The notes: generated from the sequence alone by a model not told the origin. DNA of 64,000 nucleotides from an uncultured Iamiaceae bacterium (GCA_964449375.1 CAYVAS010000008.1:2172-66171); one strand, 5' to 3'; positions 9,829 through 19,355 are shown, numbered from the stretch's first letter. Numbers and translations: made by a program.

Positions 9829-9935
9829 CGTCCGATTCAGCATCGACCATCGGTCGAGTGTCGGTCGGGTACCGGCCGACCATCGGGCCGCTCGGCGATC
9901 GGGTCCGCTTCCGGCGGGCCCGATCTTCGCGTCGG

Positions 9936-10010
9936 GGCTCCTGCGGGAGCCGTCCCGATCCGGTGGCGCACCCGACCGGTGGGGGCCCCTTCGGGAGCGT
10001 AGGTGCTCCC
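9936..10010. terminator. Two short GC hairpins in the convergent gap between the CAP gene and the membrane-protein gene
   Basis: GGCTCC-TGCG-GGAGCC (9936-9951) and GGGAGC-GTAGGT-GCTCCC (9993-10010). There are no U-tracts. Confidence 0.3.
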
Positions 10011-10029
10011 GACGTCCCGCCCGACCCTG

Positions 10030-10533
10030 TCAGCGGCGGGTCGACACGGTCATCGCCGAGTGGCGGACCGGAGCCTCCTGCAGCGCCGGACGGGACCGGA
10101 CGGTGGAGGCGGTGGAGATCGGGCGCACCTTGGCGTGCTGTTCGGTGATCACCCGCTGGCGCTCGATGAGCAGGAACACGTAACCGGTGAACGCGGAGAC
10201 GCTCACCGAGGCGAGTCCGATCGTGAGCAACCCGGGCACCAGCAGCGCCAGGGCCACGGTCGACAACGCGATGCTGAGCAACGCGACCAACACGTTCTTG
10301 CGGCGCTGGCGGGCGACCTCACAGGGCATCGTGGGTCCGGGCCGTCCCGACCGGTACGCCGATGCCCCGAGGGGGCCACCACGGGAACCGGGCTGGGTTC
10401 GTTGCAGGGTCGAGATCTGGGACCGGAACGCCGACACGCTGTCGGTCCGCCGGTCGGCCATCCGTTCCCTCGCGTAGCTGCCGAGAACGACGATCCACAC
10501 GATGGCCAGTACTCCCAGAACCACGAATGTCAC
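10030..10533 (-). CDS. Hypothetical membrane protein with an N-terminal TM and two central TM helices
   Basis: Good codon bias. Hydrophobic segments are FVVLGVLAIVWIVVLG and VLVALLSIALSTVALALLVPGLLTIGLASVSVSAFTGYVFLL. GTG start at 10533. I recognise no family. Confidence 0.6.
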   Translation of the reverse strand: MTFVVLGVLAIVWIVVLGSYARERMADRRTDSVSAFRSQISTLQRTQPGSRGGPLGASAYRSGRPGPTMPCEVARQRRKNVLVALLSIALSTVALALLVPGLLTIGLASVSVSAFTGYVFLLIERQRVITEQHAKVRPISTASTVRSRPALQEAPVRHSAMTVSTRR

Positions 10534-10688
10534 GCTCCGTGCCTGCCTTCAGTGTGAGAGCGACCGTAGCGGTATCACCCCACCGAAATGGTGGATACCC
10601 GGCCGATTCGGACGAGGACATCAGGCCCGGAGGCCCTCCCCACGCAACGCCGCCCCGGGTGCTCCGATGCCTGAGCGTGTCGTGGTTG

Positions 10689-11195
10689 TTACGGTTCTAC
10701 TACGGCTCCGTCATATTTGCCAGTCGGGTCACGCCGGTACGGCCCCGACGCTCCCCCGGTCGCCTCCCAGAGCGACACGTCCGACACCGTCATCGACCGG
10801 TCGAGCGACTTGCACATGTCGTAGATGGACAGGCACGCCACCGAACAGGCGGTCATCGCCTCCATCGCGACGCCGGTGCGGTCCACGGTGTCGACCTCGG
10901 CTTCGACCTCGATGTAGGTGTCCTCGATCCGGAAGTTCACCGACACCGACCCCACCAACACCGGATGACACATGGGCAGCAGGTCCGAGGCGCGCTTGGC
11001 GGCCTGGATGCCCGCGACCCGGGCGACGGCGAGCACGTCGCCCTTGGTGATGTCGCCCCGTGCGACCGACGAGGTGGTCTCGGGTGCCATGAGCACCCGG
11101 CCTCGGGCGACCGCCCGGCGGTGGGTGACCTCCTTGATGGCGCCATCGGTGGCCCGGGCGTTCGCCAAAGGGTCGAGGAAGCGCCGCGCGCTCAT
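10689..11195 (-). CDS. moaC: Cyclic pyranopterin monophosphate synthase MoaC
   Basis: Motifs KGDVLAVARVAGIQAAKRASDLLPMCHP and DRTGVAMEAMTACSVACLSIYDMCK. Confidence 0.93.
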   Translation of the reverse strand: MSARRFLDPLANARATDGAIKEVTHRRAVARGRVLMAPETTSSVARGDITKGDVLAVARVAGIQAAKRASDLLPMCHPVLVGSVSVNFRIEDTYIEVEAEVDTVDRTGVAMEAMTACSVACLSIYDMCKSLDRSMTVSDVSLWEATGGASGPYRRDPTGKYDGAVVEP

Positions 11196-11232
11196 GGGCG
11201 ACCGTGCTCCGCGACGGGTCCACCGGCACGGC

Positions 11233-12126
11233 TCATCGGGCGCGCCGCTCCATCAACTCGGTCAGGAACGCCTCGAAGGGCTCGCCCAGGTCGTCACGGG
11301 CCAGGGCCAGCTCGACGGTGGCCCGCAGGTAGTCCAACTTTGCGCCGATGTCGAAGCGACCCTCGGAGAACACGTACCCGAACACCTCACCGGTGTCGAT
11401 GAGCTTGGCGATGGCGTCGGTGAGCTGGATCTCGCCGCCCACACCCGGTTCGAGCCCGTCGAGCACGTCGAAGATCTCGGGGGTGAACACGTAGCGGCCC
11501 ATCACCGCCATCGTCGAGGGCGCGACCTCCGGCGCGGGCTTCTCCACGATGCTGTGGATCTGCACCACCCCGGGTTCGGAGCCCGGGTCGGCCCCGCCGA
11601 TGTCGGCGCACCCGTAGGAACTGATCTCTTCGCGGGGCACGTCACGCAGCGCGACCACCGGAGCGTCGTGGACGCCGTGGGCGGCGATCATGGCCCGCAG
11701 CACCTTGGAGTCGTCGACCATCAGGTCGTCGCCGAGCATGACCGCGAAGGGTCGGTCGCCGACGTGTTTGCGGGCCACCGACACCGCGTGGCCCAGCCCC
11801 AGAGGCTCCCCCTGGCGCACGTAGTGGATGTCGGCGAGGTCCGCGAGGTCCCGCACCGTGGACAGCATCCGGTCCTTGCCCTTGGCCTCGAGGAAGTACT
11901 CGAGCTCGAACTGCCGGTCGAAGTGGTCCTCGATGCTGCGCTTTCCCCGGCCGGTGATGATGAGGATGTCGTCGATCCCGGCCTGGACCGCCTCTTCGAC
12001 CACGTACTGGATGGCCGGTTTGTCGACGACGGGGAGCATTTCCTTGGGTTGGGCCTTGGTCGCCGGCAGAAAGCGGGTGCCGAGGCCGGCCGCCGGGATC
12101 ACCGCGCATCTGACATCGCTGCTCAC
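11233..12126 (-). CDS. galU: UTP--glucose-1-phosphate uridylyltransferase
   Basis: AVIPAAGLGTRFLPATKAQPKEMLPVVDKPAIQYVVEEA, followed by VRQGEPLGLGHAV. Confidence 0.93.
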   Translation of the reverse strand: MSSDVRCAVIPAAGLGTRFLPATKAQPKEMLPVVDKPAIQYVVEEAVQAGIDDILIITGRGKRSIEDHFDRQFELEYFLEAKGKDRMLSTVRDLADLADIHYVRQGEPLGLGHAVSVARKHVGDRPFAVMLGDDLMVDDSKVLRAMIAAHGVHDAPVVALRDVPREEISSYGCADIGGADPGSEPGVVQIHSIVEKPAPEVAPSTMAVMGRYVFTPEIFDVLDGLEPGVGGEIQLTDAIAKLIDTGEVFGYVFSEGRFDIGAKLDYLRATVELALARDDLGEPFEAFLTELMERRAR

Positions 12127-12405
12127 GTGTTGCGAACTCCTTGTCGAGGATGTTCCGCTCCCACCCGGTCCAAGGCCGGGTCCCGGTGCGCCTCATGTTA
12201 CCGGAGCGTTACCTGAGCGGCCCGACGGCTCGTCCGCCGGTGTCGGGCGGGTTCGCCCCGATGGGGTCCGGGCCCGGTATGCTGGCAGTCGACGTGGTCG
12301 AGTGCCAGCCACGCCCGATGCGCCGCCGGCGCCAGGGCACCCTCGGCGGCAGACCACCGGTTTCCGCGTCGGGTGTCGTTCCCGCTGGTTCGTCAGAGGT
12401 CTTCC

Positions 12406-12705
12406 ATGCCCACCTATGAATATCGATGCGCCGACTGTGGCCACAACTTCGACATCGTCCAGTCCTTCAGCGACGATGCGCTCACCGAGTGCCCCGAATG
12501 CGGCGGCCGGCTCAAGAAGGTCTTCGGCTCGGTGGGCATCGCGTTCAAGGGCTCCGGGTTCTACGTGAACGATTCGGGTGCCAAGGCGTCGTCGAGCGGC
12601 TCTGACTCGTCGAGCAGCTCTGACTCGTCGTCGTCATCCGGGTCGTCGTCCTCGGACTCGTCGAAGGCCACGGCCGGATCGTCGGCGTCGTCCTCGTCGG
12701 ACTGA
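12406..12705 (+). CDS. FmdB-family zinc-ribbon protein with a Ser-rich tail. It has the same class and galU neighbourhood as mycobacterial Rv0991c/Ruc.
   Basis: MPTYEYRCADCGHNFD...ECPECGG (CxxC-x17-CxxC), then KGSGFY and a poly-Ser/Asp tail. ATG 12406 is preceded by AGAGG. Confidence 0.85.
   Translation: MPTYEYRCADCGHNFDIVQSFSDDALTECPECGGRLKKVFGSVGIAFKGSGFYVNDSGAKASSSGSDSSSSSDSSSSSGSSSSDSSKATAGSSASSSSD
12599..12630 (+). repeat. 18-nt-period tandem repeat inside the Ser-rich tail coding region
   Basis: GCTCTGACTCGTCG occurs at 12599-12612 and again at 12617-12630. Each unit encodes S-S-(G/S)-S-D-S. Confidence 0.6.
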
Positions 12706-13911
12706 TCAGGCCGCCGACTGAGCGTCGCTGGTCCCACCGGCACGCCCGCCGCCGGAGCGCCCGGCGGCCCGGGCCTTGGCCCGGTTGTGGGGGCCACACA
12801 GCGGCTGGAGGTTGTCGATGACGGTCGGTCCACCGGCCTCGTAGGCCACGACGTGATCGACCTGCAGCAGGACTCGGCTCCGGCAGCCCGGATGGGCGCA
12901 CTCGGTGAAGCGTTCGTCGACGACCCGGCGTTGCCGACGCGTGGGGAAGCGACGGCGGGGGCTCGCGTCGATGGGTTTTCGTTGGGCGTCGAGCATGAGC
13001 AGCGACACGAACGATTCGGGTAACAGGCGGGTGACGGCGTGGTCGGTGAGCGGGGTGCCGTCGGCCAGGGAGTTGCCGGTGTCACGGACGTGGATGACGA
13101 CCTCGGGTCGGACCAGGCCGGCGGGACCTCCGGTGGTCGCGATCCGCACCAGCGCGTCGGCACGTTGCTGGCCCAGGCTCGGGTGCTGGTCGACTCCCGC
13201 GGGAGCCGCGTCGGCGACCCGGTGGGACGTGACGCTCTTGTCGATCACGGCACACACCGTGGCGGCGTCTGCCGGGGCGAGTCGGGCGGTGATGGTGACC
13301 ATGCCGTCGGGATCGGTGCGCCAGGAGAGGTGCCGTTCACGCTGGTGGCGCCGTTCGATCTCGTCTTCGGACTCGGTGCGGTGGGACCATGCCGCGATCG
13401 CCATGCGCAGGCGCGCGGCGGGGGTGGTCGAGGCGAGCGCCACGAGTTCATCCACGTGGGCGGCGTTCAGGTGCGGCACCAGGACCCGCGCTTTGGAGTA
13501 GGAGACGTCGCCGGCGGCCATCGCGGTGGACAACTCCGGGAACTCGCGCATCGCCCGGGCGACACGGACCTGGTTGTGGGCCGTGACGAGCTCCACGTCG
13601 CAGGCGTCGGCGAGCCACGCCGCGCACGACAAGGCTCCGCGCAACGCCCAGGTTCCACGGGCGTCCAGTTCGCCGATCAGCACGAGCAGGTCGAAGGTCG
13701 CGGTCGAGAGCCGGTCCACCAGCGTGATGATCTGAACCTCCAGGTCGACCGACGCGACCTGGGCCACGTCACCAAAGGCGCCGGAGCCGCCGTGACTACC
13801 GCGCTCCCGCGGGAGCGATGTCTCGGATCCGGAGCTCGAGTCGGATGCTGGACGGGGAGCCGAATCGGCTTCGGGGCGACCGACTCCGGTTGGCTGAATC
13901 TTCTGCTTCAC
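12706..13911 (-). CDS. DUF222 / HNH endonuclease (13E12-repeat-family-like)
   Basis: The N-terminal DUF222-like region reads LVLIGELDARGTWALRGALSCAAWLA...GDVSYSKARVL. The C-terminal HNH reads CAHPGCRSRVLLQVDHVVAYEAGGPTVIDNLQPLCGPHNRAKA. Confidence 0.85.
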   Translation of the reverse strand: MKQKIQPTGVGRPEADSAPRPASDSSSGSETSLPRERGSHGGSGAFGDVAQVASVDLEVQIITLVDRLSTATFDLLVLIGELDARGTWALRGALSCAAWLADACDVELVTAHNQVRVARAMREFPELSTAMAAGDVSYSKARVLVPHLNAAHVDELVALASTTPAARLRMAIAAWSHRTESEDEIERRHQRERHLSWRTDPDGMVTITARLAPADAATVCAVIDKSVTSHRVADAAPAGVDQHPSLGQQRADALVRIATTGGPAGLVRPEVVIHVRDTGNSLADGTPLTDHAVTRLLPESFVSLLMLDAQRKPIDASPRRRFPTRRQRRVVDERFTECAHPGCRSRVLLQVDHVVAYEAGGPTVIDNLQPLCGPHNRAKARAAGRSGGGRAGGTSDAQSAA

Positions 13912-14038
13912 GACGACACCTCCTGAATGTCGAACTCGTTCGACATTCTCCTGCAGGGGTGTGACATTCGGCCGGTGGTCCTAGCCGACCATCGCAGGCG
14001 TGCGTGACTCCCACGGGAGTCCCCACGCGACCGGAGGC

Positions 14039-14890
14039 TCAGGCCAACAGCGCGTCGGGCGGGAGCGCCACGATGCCGGTCGCCCCCATGGCACGCAGCT
14101 CACCCAGACGCCGCCAAAGGTCCGAGGTGGCCACCACCAGGTGCACCGCCACCAGGTCGTCCCGACCGGCCAGCGGCAGGATCGTGGGCGCGGCCAAACC
14201 GGGAAAGATCGACCGGAGCTGGTCGATGCGATCGCTGGGAAGGTGCAGCATCACGTAGCGGTGCGCCGCCGCGTGCAACGCCGCGTCCAGGCGCAGCACC
14301 AGGTCGTCGAGCTCTGCGTTGCCGTCCCGGTAGCGCAGTTCGGCTTCGCACTCGGCGATGGTGGCCAGTACGGCGAGGCGGTTCTGGCGCAGGCTCGTGC
14401 CGGTCTCGGTGTTGTCGACGATCGCATCGGCGATGCCCGCGGCACACACGCCCTCCAAGGACCCGCCCATCGCCAGGATCGTCGCTTCCACCCCGTGGTC
14501 GGCGAGGAACCGCCGGGTCAGGTTGGGCATGTGGGTGGCGACCACCCCACCGGCGAGCGCCTCCAGCGAGGCCGGCCCGTCGTCTTCGCGTCCGGCCACC
14601 ACCAGGGTCGACCGGGCCCGACCGAGCGCCAGGTTGGGCAGGTCGGCCACGTCGTGTTCGAGCGAGATGTCGGTGGCCAGGAACGCCGCGTCGAGCGTGC
14701 CCGCGGCCAGCGCGGCCGCCGCGTCGCGGGGCCGCATCTCGATGAGTTCCAGGTCGTCGACCTGCACGCTCGACCCCCGGCCGCGCAGCCCCGCCAGCGG
14801 GTACCCGGCCGCGCCGAGCAGGTCGAGGGTCGCATCGCGGAGCCGGCCCTTCGAGGGCACCGCCACCCGGGTTCCGGTGCGCGTGGTCAC
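14039..14890 (-). CDS. hisG: ATP phosphoribosyltransferase, long form
   Basis: RVAVPSKGRLRDATLDLL...IEMRPRDAAAALAAGTLDAAF. GTG 14890 overlaps the hisE stop (GTGA). The product is 283 aa. Confidence 0.88.
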   Translation of the reverse strand: MTTRTGTRVAVPSKGRLRDATLDLLGAAGYPLAGLRGRGSSVQVDDLELIEMRPRDAAAALAAGTLDAAFLATDISLEHDVADLPNLALGRARSTLVVAGREDDGPASLEALAGGVVATHMPNLTRRFLADHGVEATILAMGGSLEGVCAAGIADAIVDNTETGTSLRQNRLAVLATIAECEAELRYRDGNAELDDLVLRLDAALHAAAHRYVMLHLPSDRIDQLRSIFPGLAAPTILPLAGRDDLVAVHLVVATSDLWRRLGELRAMGATGIVALPPDALLA

Positions 14891-15228
14891 GGCGCCTCCC
14901 CGGCGTCGGTAGGGCGGCCCGGCTCGTCCGGGCGGTGACGTGCCCGCAGTTCGGCCTCCACATCGGCCCATGCCACACCGGCCCCAACGAGCCCGGCGAG
15001 CAGGTGGAAGACCAGATCAGCAGCCTCCTCGACGGTCCGGGCCGGCTCCGGGGTGGCCGCACCCAGCTCCAGGCAGACCTCGAAGGCTTCTTCCATGATC
15101 TTGCGTTGCGCCAGCACCGGATCGTCGAGCACCCGCCGCGAGTAGGACCCTTCGGGCGCGTCGGTGAGCCGGGCGCGCAGGAACGCGTCCAGTTCCGCGA
15201 GAAACGAGGGATCGGCGGTCACGGTCAA
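14887..15228 (-). CDS. hisE: Phosphoribosyl-ATP pyrophosphatase
   Basis: FLAELDAFLRARLTDAPEGSYSRRVL...KIMEEAFEVCLE...EEAADLVFHLL. The hisE-hisG order matches other actinobacteria. Confidence 0.88.
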   Translation of the reverse strand: MTVTADPSFLAELDAFLRARLTDAPEGSYSRRVLDDPVLAQRKIMEEAFEVCLELGAATPEPARTVEEAADLVFHLLAGLVGAGVAWADVEAELRARHRPDEPGRPTDAGEAP

Positions 15229-15333
15229 GCAGCGTAGAAGCCCGGGGCGGCCCGACCGAAGCAGGTATGGGCTTCTCCTCAGGTGACGCGCCCCGCCGGA
15301 CCCCGATGGGTCGACCGGTCGGGCGACCGTGCG

Positions 15334-16677
15334 CTACAGACCCGAGACGGTCAGGTCGCGGATGACCAGGCTGACCCCGGCGGCACCCATGGGGAGCCAC
15401 TCGACGTCGTTGCCGATCGCGGTGATGTCCTGGAGCATCCGCTGCAACGTCGAGGCGATGGTGAACTCCTTGAGCGGTTCGCCCAGCTCGCCGCCGACGA
15501 TGCGCAGACCCTCGGCGCCGGTGGAGAAGTCACCGCTGACCGGGTTGACCCCCGAGTGCAGTCCCTTCACCGACGACACCAGGATCCCCTCACCGACCTC
15601 GCCGAGCAGCGCGGCCTGGTCCTGGGTGCCTGGGCTGAGCTGCACCGCCCGGGCGCCGACGCCGGGGGTGGACTTGAAGCCCCGGACCGCCGATCCCGTC
15701 GAGGTCGTCCCGGCCCGGCGGGCCGAGTAGGTGTTGTGCAGGAACATCTGCAGCTCGCCACCCTCGATCAGCACGTTGCGACGGGTGGCGAGACCCTCGC
15801 CGTCGGCTTCGGTCGCCCGGTAGGCCCGCGGGTCGGTGGGGTCGTCGACGAGGGTGACGATCGGGTTCGCGATGGTCTCGCCCAGGCGGCCGGCGAACAG
15901 CGAGCGACCCTTGTTGACCGCCTCGCCGTTCATCGTGCCCGCCACGATCCCCAGGAACTGCGCGGTCACGAACGGGTCGAGCACCACGGTCATGCGGCCC
16001 CCCGAGGGTTTGACCGCGCCCAGCAGCCGGGTGGTGCGACGGGCCGCGTCGCCCGCAGCGGAGGCCACGTCCAGGTCGGCGGGTTCGCGGCCCACCGAGA
16101 ATCCGAAACCGGTCTTGGTCTCCTCCCCCTGTTTCGCGAGCGGGTAGGCGCCCACGTAACAGGCCGATTCGCGCCCCGACGAGCGGATGCCGGTGGTGGT
16201 GACCACGACGCCTTCGCCCACGGCGTCGCCGTACTCGGCGGATTCCACCCCGGTGATGCGGTCGTCCGCGGCGAGCACCGACGCCTCCAGCTCCAGCGCC
16301 ATGGCGACCTTGTCCTCGGTGGGCACCTGCTCCAGCGACTCCCGGTACAGGTCCAACTCGGGCACCGGCACCCCGTCGGGCACGGCCAGACCCAGGAACT
16401 CGTCCTCGGTGGCGAAGGTGGCGTTGTCGCGGGCCTCGGCGAGCACCTCGCCCAGCACGTCGGGGTCCAGCGACCCCGCGTAGGCGAAACCCTGGCGGTT
16501 GCCGCTGATCACCCGCACCCCCACCCCGGCGGTGCCGGCGGTGGACAACGACTCGATGTCGCCCTCGTAGACCCGGACCTCGGTCTCGCTGCTGCGCCCG
16601 ACCACGACCTCGACCTCTTCGTCGTCGCGGGCCCAGCCGATCACCCGGTCCGCGAGCTCGAGCAGTTCGGAGCTCAT
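15334..16677 (-). CDS. pmbA: TldE/PmbA family metallopeptidase partner
   Basis: TldD/PmbA-fold sequence lacking the HExxxH motif. ATG 16677 overlaps the tldD stop (ATGA). Confidence 0.82.
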   Translation of the reverse strand: MSSELLELADRVIGWARDDEEVEVVVGRSSETEVRVYEGDIESLSTAGTAGVGVRVISGNRQGFAYAGSLDPDVLGEVLAEARDNATFATEDEFLGLAVPDGVPVPELDLYRESLEQVPTEDKVAMALELEASVLAADDRITGVESAEYGDAVGEGVVVTTTGIRSSGRESACYVGAYPLAKQGEETKTGFGFSVGREPADLDVASAAGDAARRTTRLLGAVKPSGGRMTVVLDPFVTAQFLGIVAGTMNGEAVNKGRSLFAGRLGETIANPIVTLVDDPTDPRAYRATEADGEGLATRRNVLIEGGELQMFLHNTYSARRAGTTSTGSAVRGFKSTPGVGARAVQLSPGTQDQAALLGEVGEGILVSSVKGLHSGVNPVSGDFSTGAEGLRIVGGELGEPLKEFTIASTLQRMLQDITAIGNDVEWLPMGAAGVSLVIRDLTVSGL

Positions 16678-18083
16678 GCGGCCTGACCCCCGATGGTCAG
16701 ACCGGTCGGGACCCGCAGGGTGGGCACGCCGTCGCCCACGGGCACGCCTTGGCCGTCCTTGCCGCAGGTGCCGGGCGGGCCGAAGGCGAAGTCGTCGCCC
16801 ACCGCGTCGATCGCGGCCAGCACGGCGGGGCCGTTGCCGATCAGGTTGCCTTCACGCAACGGCTCGGTGATCTCGCCGTTCTCGATCAGGTACGCCTCGG
16901 TCATGCCGAACACGAAGTCACCCGTGGCGGTGTTGACCTGGCCGCCGCCCAGGCGGGCGATGTAGACGCCGCGCTCGGTGCCGGCGACGATGTCGGCGGG
17001 GTCGTCGGGTCCGTTCAGGATGAACGTGTTGGTCATCCGCACCATGGGCAGGTGCTGGTAGCTCTGGCGCCGGCCGTTGCCCGAACGCTCCCGGCCCTCC
17101 TTGCGGGCTCGCAGGAAGTCCCACATGTAGTCGGTGAGCACCCCGTTCTCGATCAGCACGTTGCGCTGGGCGGGGGTGCCCTCGTCGTCCACGGCATAGG
17201 CCCCCCATTCACCGGCGACGGTTCCGTCGTCGATGAGGGTGACCAGCTCGGAGGCGACCTTTTCACCGCGGCGCCCGGCGAAGACCGAGGCCCCCTTGGC
17301 GATCAGATCGGCCTCCAGACCGTGACCGCAGGCCTCGTGGAACAGCACGCCGCCACCTCCCGGCCCGATCACCACCGGCATCTCCCCGGTGGGGGCGGGC
17401 CGCGCCGCGAGCTTGGTACGGGCCCGTTGGGATGCAGCCCGGGCGAGCTCCTCGACGTCGTAACGGTCGAACAGCTCATGACCCACGGTGTGGCCGACGG
17501 CTTCGCGGCCGGTCTGCATGCCGGTGTCGCCGGTGGCGACCGCGCCCACGCTGAACAGCGTGCGGGTCTGGTCGTCGCCGGTGAGTAGTCCGTCGGAGTT
17601 GGCGATCAGCAACCGCCGACGGGAGTCTCCGTAGTTCACCGCGACCTGGGAGATCTCCGAGCCGCCGGAACGGGCGGCCTCGTCGGCACGTTGCAGCAGC
17701 GCCACCTTGTCGGCCTTGGCGACGTCGCCGGGTCGGATCCGGGGCGGCGACGGATGCGGCACCTCGTGGGCCTGCAGCGCCACCTCGTGGACGCCACCGT
17801 CGTCGCTGCGCGCCGCGGCGGCCGCGGCGCGGGCGGCGGCGGCCAGCCCCTCGGCACTCAGGTCGGCGGTGTGGGCGAACCCGGTGGTGTCACCGCGCAC
17901 GACCCGGATGCCGGCGCCCCGGTCCCGGCCCGACACCAGCTCCTCGATCCGACCGTCGTCGAGGTGGGCGGACGTCGACGTCTTGTCCTCGGCGAACACC
18001 TCGGCGAATTCACCGCCGGTCCGCAGCGCTTCGGCGAGCGTCGCCGACAGCGTGTCGTGATCGATCAGATCGGGAAGGCTCAC
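16674..18083 (-). CDS. tldD: TldD family metallopeptidase
   Basis: Contains FHEACGHGLEAD (HExxxH). I chose GTG 18083 (VSLPDLIDHD), preceded by AAGGAG. The track ORF is over-extended to 18428. Confidence 0.85.
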   Translation of the reverse strand: MSLPDLIDHDTLSATLAEALRTGGEFAEVFAEDKTSTSAHLDDGRIEELVSGRDRGAGIRVVRGDTTGFAHTADLSAEGLAAAARAAAAAARSDDGGVHEVALQAHEVPHPSPPRIRPGDVAKADKVALLQRADEAARSGGSEISQVAVNYGDSRRRLLIANSDGLLTGDDQTRTLFSVGAVATGDTGMQTGREAVGHTVGHELFDRYDVEELARAASQRARTKLAARPAPTGEMPVVIGPGGGGVLFHEACGHGLEADLIAKGASVFAGRRGEKVASELVTLIDDGTVAGEWGAYAVDDEGTPAQRNVLIENGVLTDYMWDFLRARKEGRERSGNGRRQSYQHLPMVRMTNTFILNGPDDPADIVAGTERGVYIARLGGGQVNTATGDFVFGMTEAYLIENGEITEPLREGNLIGNGPAVLAAIDAVGDDFAFGPPGTCGKDGQGVPVGDGVPTLRVPTGLTIGGQAA

Positions 18084-18255
18084 TGAGATCTCCTTGGGGG
18101 CGCTCACCGCGCCGGTGACAGCGACTCGGGCGAGGCCTGGAGACCGCCGAATGGCGTTGGCCTCGCCGCGACGTGAACCCTTATCGTACCTGGATGCCCG
18201 CAGAGCCCGGTCCGGTGCGGTCCGGGGTATTCGCCGCCGGTCGAGGCCGCCGGAG

Positions 18256-19218
18256 ATGACCTCGGAGTCGATCGCGCTCGACGCGTCCGACCAGACGCCG
18301 GCCTGGCGCCGGCTCCCCGACGAGGCCACCGCCCGACGGCGGCTGCGGTGGTGGCGCGAGTTGCTGCTGGTGGTGGTGCTGTACCAGGTGTACAGCCTGG
18401 TGCGGAACACCTTCGGTTCGTCGGGCAACTCGGTGAACTCGGAGGTCTCGCCCGACGCGGTTGCGGTCGCCCTGGGTCACGCCCACGACGTCATCGAGAT
18501 CCAGAAGCGTCTCGGGTTGTTCTTCGAACCCGAGCTGCAGCAGTGGTATCTGGGCCTTCCCGGCCACGGCCTGATCAAGTTCTGGAACATCTACTACGGA
18601 TCACTGCACTTCATCGTGCCGGCGGTGGTCCTGATCTGGTTGTTCCGTCGATTCCCCCGTGACTACACGATCTGGCGCAACGCGCTGGTGTTCACCACGG
18701 TGCTGGCGTTGATCGGCTTCGCGTCGTTCTCGTTGATGCCACCACGGTTGTTGGATCACGCCGGGGAGTTCGGCGGGTGCAGCCTGCCCGCCTCGTTCGT
18801 GGCCGAGGATCCACGACTGGCCTGCCAGCACTTCGGGTTCGTGGACACCCTCGACGTGTACGGCGGGCTGTGGAGCTTCGGCAGCACCGCGATGGCGCGG
18901 GTGTCGAACCAGTTCGCCGCCATGCCGAGCCTGCACGTGGGCTGGTCGGTGTGGTGCGCGCTCGTGGTGGTGCCGCGGGCTCGGCGGCGTTGGGTCCGGG
19001 CGCTGATGGTGGCCTACCCGATCGCGACGTTCTTCTGCATCCTGGTGACCGGCAATCACTACTGGCTCGATGCCGTGGGTGGTCTGGTGACGCTGGCGCT
19101 GGGCACGCTGGTGGGCTGGCTCCTGGCGATCGCGGTGCACCGCTGGGCCGACCGCCGCGACGCCCGGCGGGACGCGGAGGAGCGCCCGGAGGTGTCACCG
19201 GTGGCCGGGGCGGGCTGA
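18256..19218 (+). CDS. PAP2_C / inositol-phosphorylceramide-synthase-like (Aur1/SMS-type) integral membrane protein
   Basis: Multi-TM protein with the C-terminal motifs AAMPSLHVGWS and TGNHYWLDAVGG (SxH ... H-x3-D). I chose ATG 18256. Confidence 0.7.
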   Translation: MTSESIALDASDQTPAWRRLPDEATARRRLRWWRELLLVVVLYQVYSLVRNTFGSSGNSVNSEVSPDAVAVALGHAHDVIEIQKRLGLFFEPELQQWYLGLPGHGLIKFWNIYYGSLHFIVPAVVLIWLFRRFPRDYTIWRNALVFTTVLALIGFASFSLMPPRLLDHAGEFGGCSLPASFVAEDPRLACQHFGFVDTLDVYGGLWSFGSTAMARVSNQFAAMPSLHVGWSVWCALVVVPRARRRWVRALMVAYPIATFFCILVTGNHYWLDAVGGLVTLALGTLVGWLLAIAVHRWADRRDARRDAEERPEVSPVAGAG

Positions 19219-19355
19219 TTCGCAGCTCTCGGCGGACCAGTGGATCCTCGACGCGATCCGCCACGCGACGCCGAGGGCGCTTCGGGGAGTAGCCTGGGGG
19301 ATCGGCAGCTCCGCAGTCCCGGGCATGCCCTGTAGCCGAACATCGAGGCGATCGA

